Translations under genes and position numbers: made by a program
From: Candidatus Poribacteria bacterium
Lineage (GTDB): Bacteria; Poribacteria; WGA-4E; WGA-3G
Direction: 5' to 3'
DNA: 64,000 bases
Assembly (NCBI GenBank): GCA_963663765.2
Contig: CAXXUA010000004.1
Coordinates: forward strand, 896,001-960,000
The notes under the pieces: generated by a model
What the model was told of the DNA's origin: nothing
Databases searched by the model: none
The model's input: the letters and a program-made list of their open reading frames with translations, nothing else
Shown: piece by piece, positions 61,880 to 64,000 of the stretch
Layout of the letters: each line of letters opens with the position of its first letter
Numbering within the stretch: the first letter of the stretch is position 1

Positions 61880-64000
61880 CTACTCTATGGACTCTTGTAG
61901 ATTTGACTTTCCACTTTTTAACCAGTCCTCATCCTTCTGTCTTAATTTCTCCATATCATCCGGATTCTTAATATCTATAATATGTGGAGTGATGATGAAA
62001 ACAATCTCAGTGTCTTGAACTTCGGTCTGCGTGCTTTTGAATAGTCTACCAAGTAATGGAATATCACCCAAAATGGGAACCTTATTTTCTACCTCTTTCT
62101 GAGTCTTCCGAATGATACCACCAACCACAATTTGCTGTCCGTCTTCTATGTCAATATAGACACTGAGGGAGTTATCGTCCGTAATCGGCGCATTAAATTC
62201 AGTAAACTCAATAAAACTACTTGCACTAATATTCGTTATATCTAAACCGATTGTCCGTTTCCCATCTTCTCCCGCTTGAGATTTTGCAATAAAAGGTGTT
62301 AACGCAATGTTAATACCAACGGGTGGGTCAATAAAATCGTAGTTGAAAAGCGGTTGTGTCGCAGACTCTCCGAGAATGCTGTTCGTGTCTACACTCTGTA
62401 GGTAAGGAATACGCCGACCACTACTCCAAGTCGCAGGACGACTATCACGCGTCATAATTGTCGGTGAAGAAAGAGTCCTGACTTTATTTTCACGTATCAA
62501 CGTATGCAACAGTGCCATATACTCTTGGGTTGCTAAACTGTAGTTAAAACCTGATATTTCTTGTTCCAATCCAAGTTCTGAGTTCGCTTCACCAATAAGC
62601 GGATTTTCCGGCCCTAATTCTAACCCGCCAAGTTTCCTCTCAAACAGTGCTGTCTCTATCCCTTGTTTCGTCGTTTCATCAAGCGTAATTTCCAAAATCT
62701 TGATATCTATGCGTACTTGTCCACGTACAAAATCCAGCTGTTTGATGAGAGCTCGCACCTGATCCATATAACGGCTACGTGTCGTAACTATGAGTGAATT
62801 CGTATCCGGATCCGAATAGACTGTAACTTTCCCAAACAATGAATTTACATCAACAGGTTCTTCACCGGTGAAGGAATCCCTGAAAAAGCGTCCGAAACCA
62901 AAACCTCCTCCTTGGTTCTCTGCTTGTGGGTCTTGCCACACTTGTGCTAATAGTTGTGCAATAGATTCTGCTATAGCATACTCTAATCGAATTGTCTCTG
63001 TAATCTCTCGCTGTTCTTCTGGGGTCGGTACGTCAATCTGTTTGATAAAGTCTTCGACCATTTCAAAATTGCGTTGAGTACCAGTAGAAATAATTACTGC
63101 ATTCAGATTAGCGAAAGGTGCAGCTGTTACGTTACCAGCTAAAGATCCTTGTGTCTGAGCTGAGGAAGATGTGCCTCTATTACGGAGCCACCAGAAATCG
63201 TCTCCACGGAATCCACCGCCACTAGTTCCAGCATTACCTCCAAAATGTGAATTCAGCAGGTTCGCAACGTTATCAGCATCAGCATATTTCAGATAGAATA
63301 TCTTAGTTCCCCACTCTTGCTCTGGCATGCTAACATCAAGCTTTTTGATAAGGTCGTCAATCAACGCAAAATTTTGCGTTGAGGTTGAGATAAGGAGAGC
63401 ATTCAACCGAATGTCATGTACAATATGCACCGCACCTTGAACACCAAAGCCGCTGCCATCAGAAGAATTATTACCTCTGTCCCAGTCCCACCAAGGACGT
63501 TCCCTATCATTCCCTCCTGAGCCGCCTTCAAATAGATCTCGCAAGAGTGTAGCAAGCGTTTCAGCATTAGCAAATTCTAAGAAATACATCTTAATTTCTT
63601 CCTGAGTCTTTGCTTGATCCAGTATTTCAATAAGTTCTTCAATGGTAGGGAAATTACGGGGATCCGACGAAACAACAACAATGTTCAAGCGATCATTACG
63701 TGAAATGTTAACTAAACCAACAAAACCGTGAAAGATGTCATCAACATTTACTTCATTGCGCCGATAGGTTAGTAACTCCAAAATGTCTTCTCTGTCAACG
63801 CTTCTTCTCCCATCACTGCGCAATCCTTCACCTGTGATAATCTCTTCAAGTGTATTCACCACTTCCTCTGCTGAAGCATATTGCAGCCGGTAGGTTCTGA
63901 TTTCTGTTTGAAGTGTTGATCCTATATCAAGATGACGTATGATTTCTCTTAGTATAATCAGGTTCTCTTCGGAAGCTTTCAATATAAGCGAGTTTGAGTT
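61880..64000 (-). CDS. type II secretion GspD-like secretin (5' end outside the window)
   Basis: Repeated N-domains (L.YA.A…D.R.N.L.V…LI..LD); QVRIDIKILE; KVPILGDIPLLGRLFK. Confidence 0.88.
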   Translation of the reverse strand, partial: NSNSLILKASEENLIILREIIRHLDIGSTLQTEIRTYRLQYASAEEVVNTLEEIITGEGLRSDGRRSVDREDILELLTYRRNEVNVDDIFHGFVGLVNISRNDRLNIVVVSSDPRNFPTIEELIEILDQAKTQEEIKMYFLEFANAETLATLLRDLFEGGSGGNDRERPWWDWDRGNNSSDGSGFGVQGAVHIVHDIRLNALLISTSTQNFALIDDLIKKLDVSMPEQEWGTKIFYLKYADADNVANLLNSHFGGNAGTSGGGFRGDDFWWLRNRGTSSSAQTQGSLAGNVTAAPFANLNAVIISTGTQRNFEMVEDFIKQIDVPTPEEQREITETIRLEYAIAESIAQLLAQVWQDPQAENQGGGFGFGRFFRDSFTGEEPVDVNSLFGKVTVYSDPDTNSLIVTTRSRYMDQVRALIKQLDFVRGQVRIDIKILEITLDETTKQGIETALFERKLGGLELGPENPLIGEANSELGLEQEISGFNYSLATQEYMALLHTLIRENKVRTLSSPTIMTRDSRPATWSSGRRIPYLQSVDTNSILGESATQPLFNYDFIDPPVGINIALTPFIAKSQAGEDGKRTIGLDITNISASSFIEFTEFNAPITDDNSLSVYIDIEDGQQIVVGGIIRKTQKEVENKVPILGDIPLLGRLFKSTQTEVQDTEIVFIITPHIIDIKNPDDMEKLRQKDEDWLKSGKSNLQESIE

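Noticed and set aside
1-64000. RAYT/TnpA-REP transposase, integron, tRNA or rRNA
   Set aside because: No HUH-Y1 or tyrosine recombinase motifs in any ORF; no attC-like cassette pattern, cloverleaf or rRNA signature recognised by eye

Overview
AT-rich bacterial chromosome segment. The TPR, WD40 and LamG proteins, the C-terminal 'K-L-x-x-T-W-G-x-x-K' motif and the many Gfo/Idh/MocA genes suggest Candidatus Poribacteria (inference, not verified). Coding content: a frameshifted IS630 that truncates an FRG-like/TPR gene; an archaeal-type phosphopantothenate synthetase; a 3145-aa TPR-LamG protein; sugar-catabolism genes; a MacA/MacB-like exporter lacking its ATPase; hisI-trpE-trpG; a siroheme sulfite/nitrite reductase-TusA fusion; a PIN toxin pair; HIT; argB; phnA; DUF1080; WD40 proteins; DUF1611; a coxMSL-like molybdoenzyme cluster; a squalene-hopene-cyclase-like gene with a GT2; and a secretin cut by the window edge. 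Two things stand out. (1) An unannotated leader peptide (…DWHWWR…) with antiterminator/terminator hairpins lies upstream of hisI-trpEG, a candidate dual His/Trp attenuator. (2) The intergenic DNA is a dense set of about 10 non-autonomous inverted-repeat (MITE-like) families. They carry GTAG/GTGG REP-like hairpins, nest up to 3-4 deep with readable target duplications, include two families that insert into REP hairpins, and contain large CRISPR-mimicking REP arrays. No rRNA, tRNA, true CRISPR array or RAYT transposase was recognised. Coordinates were counted by eye and may be off by a few bases.
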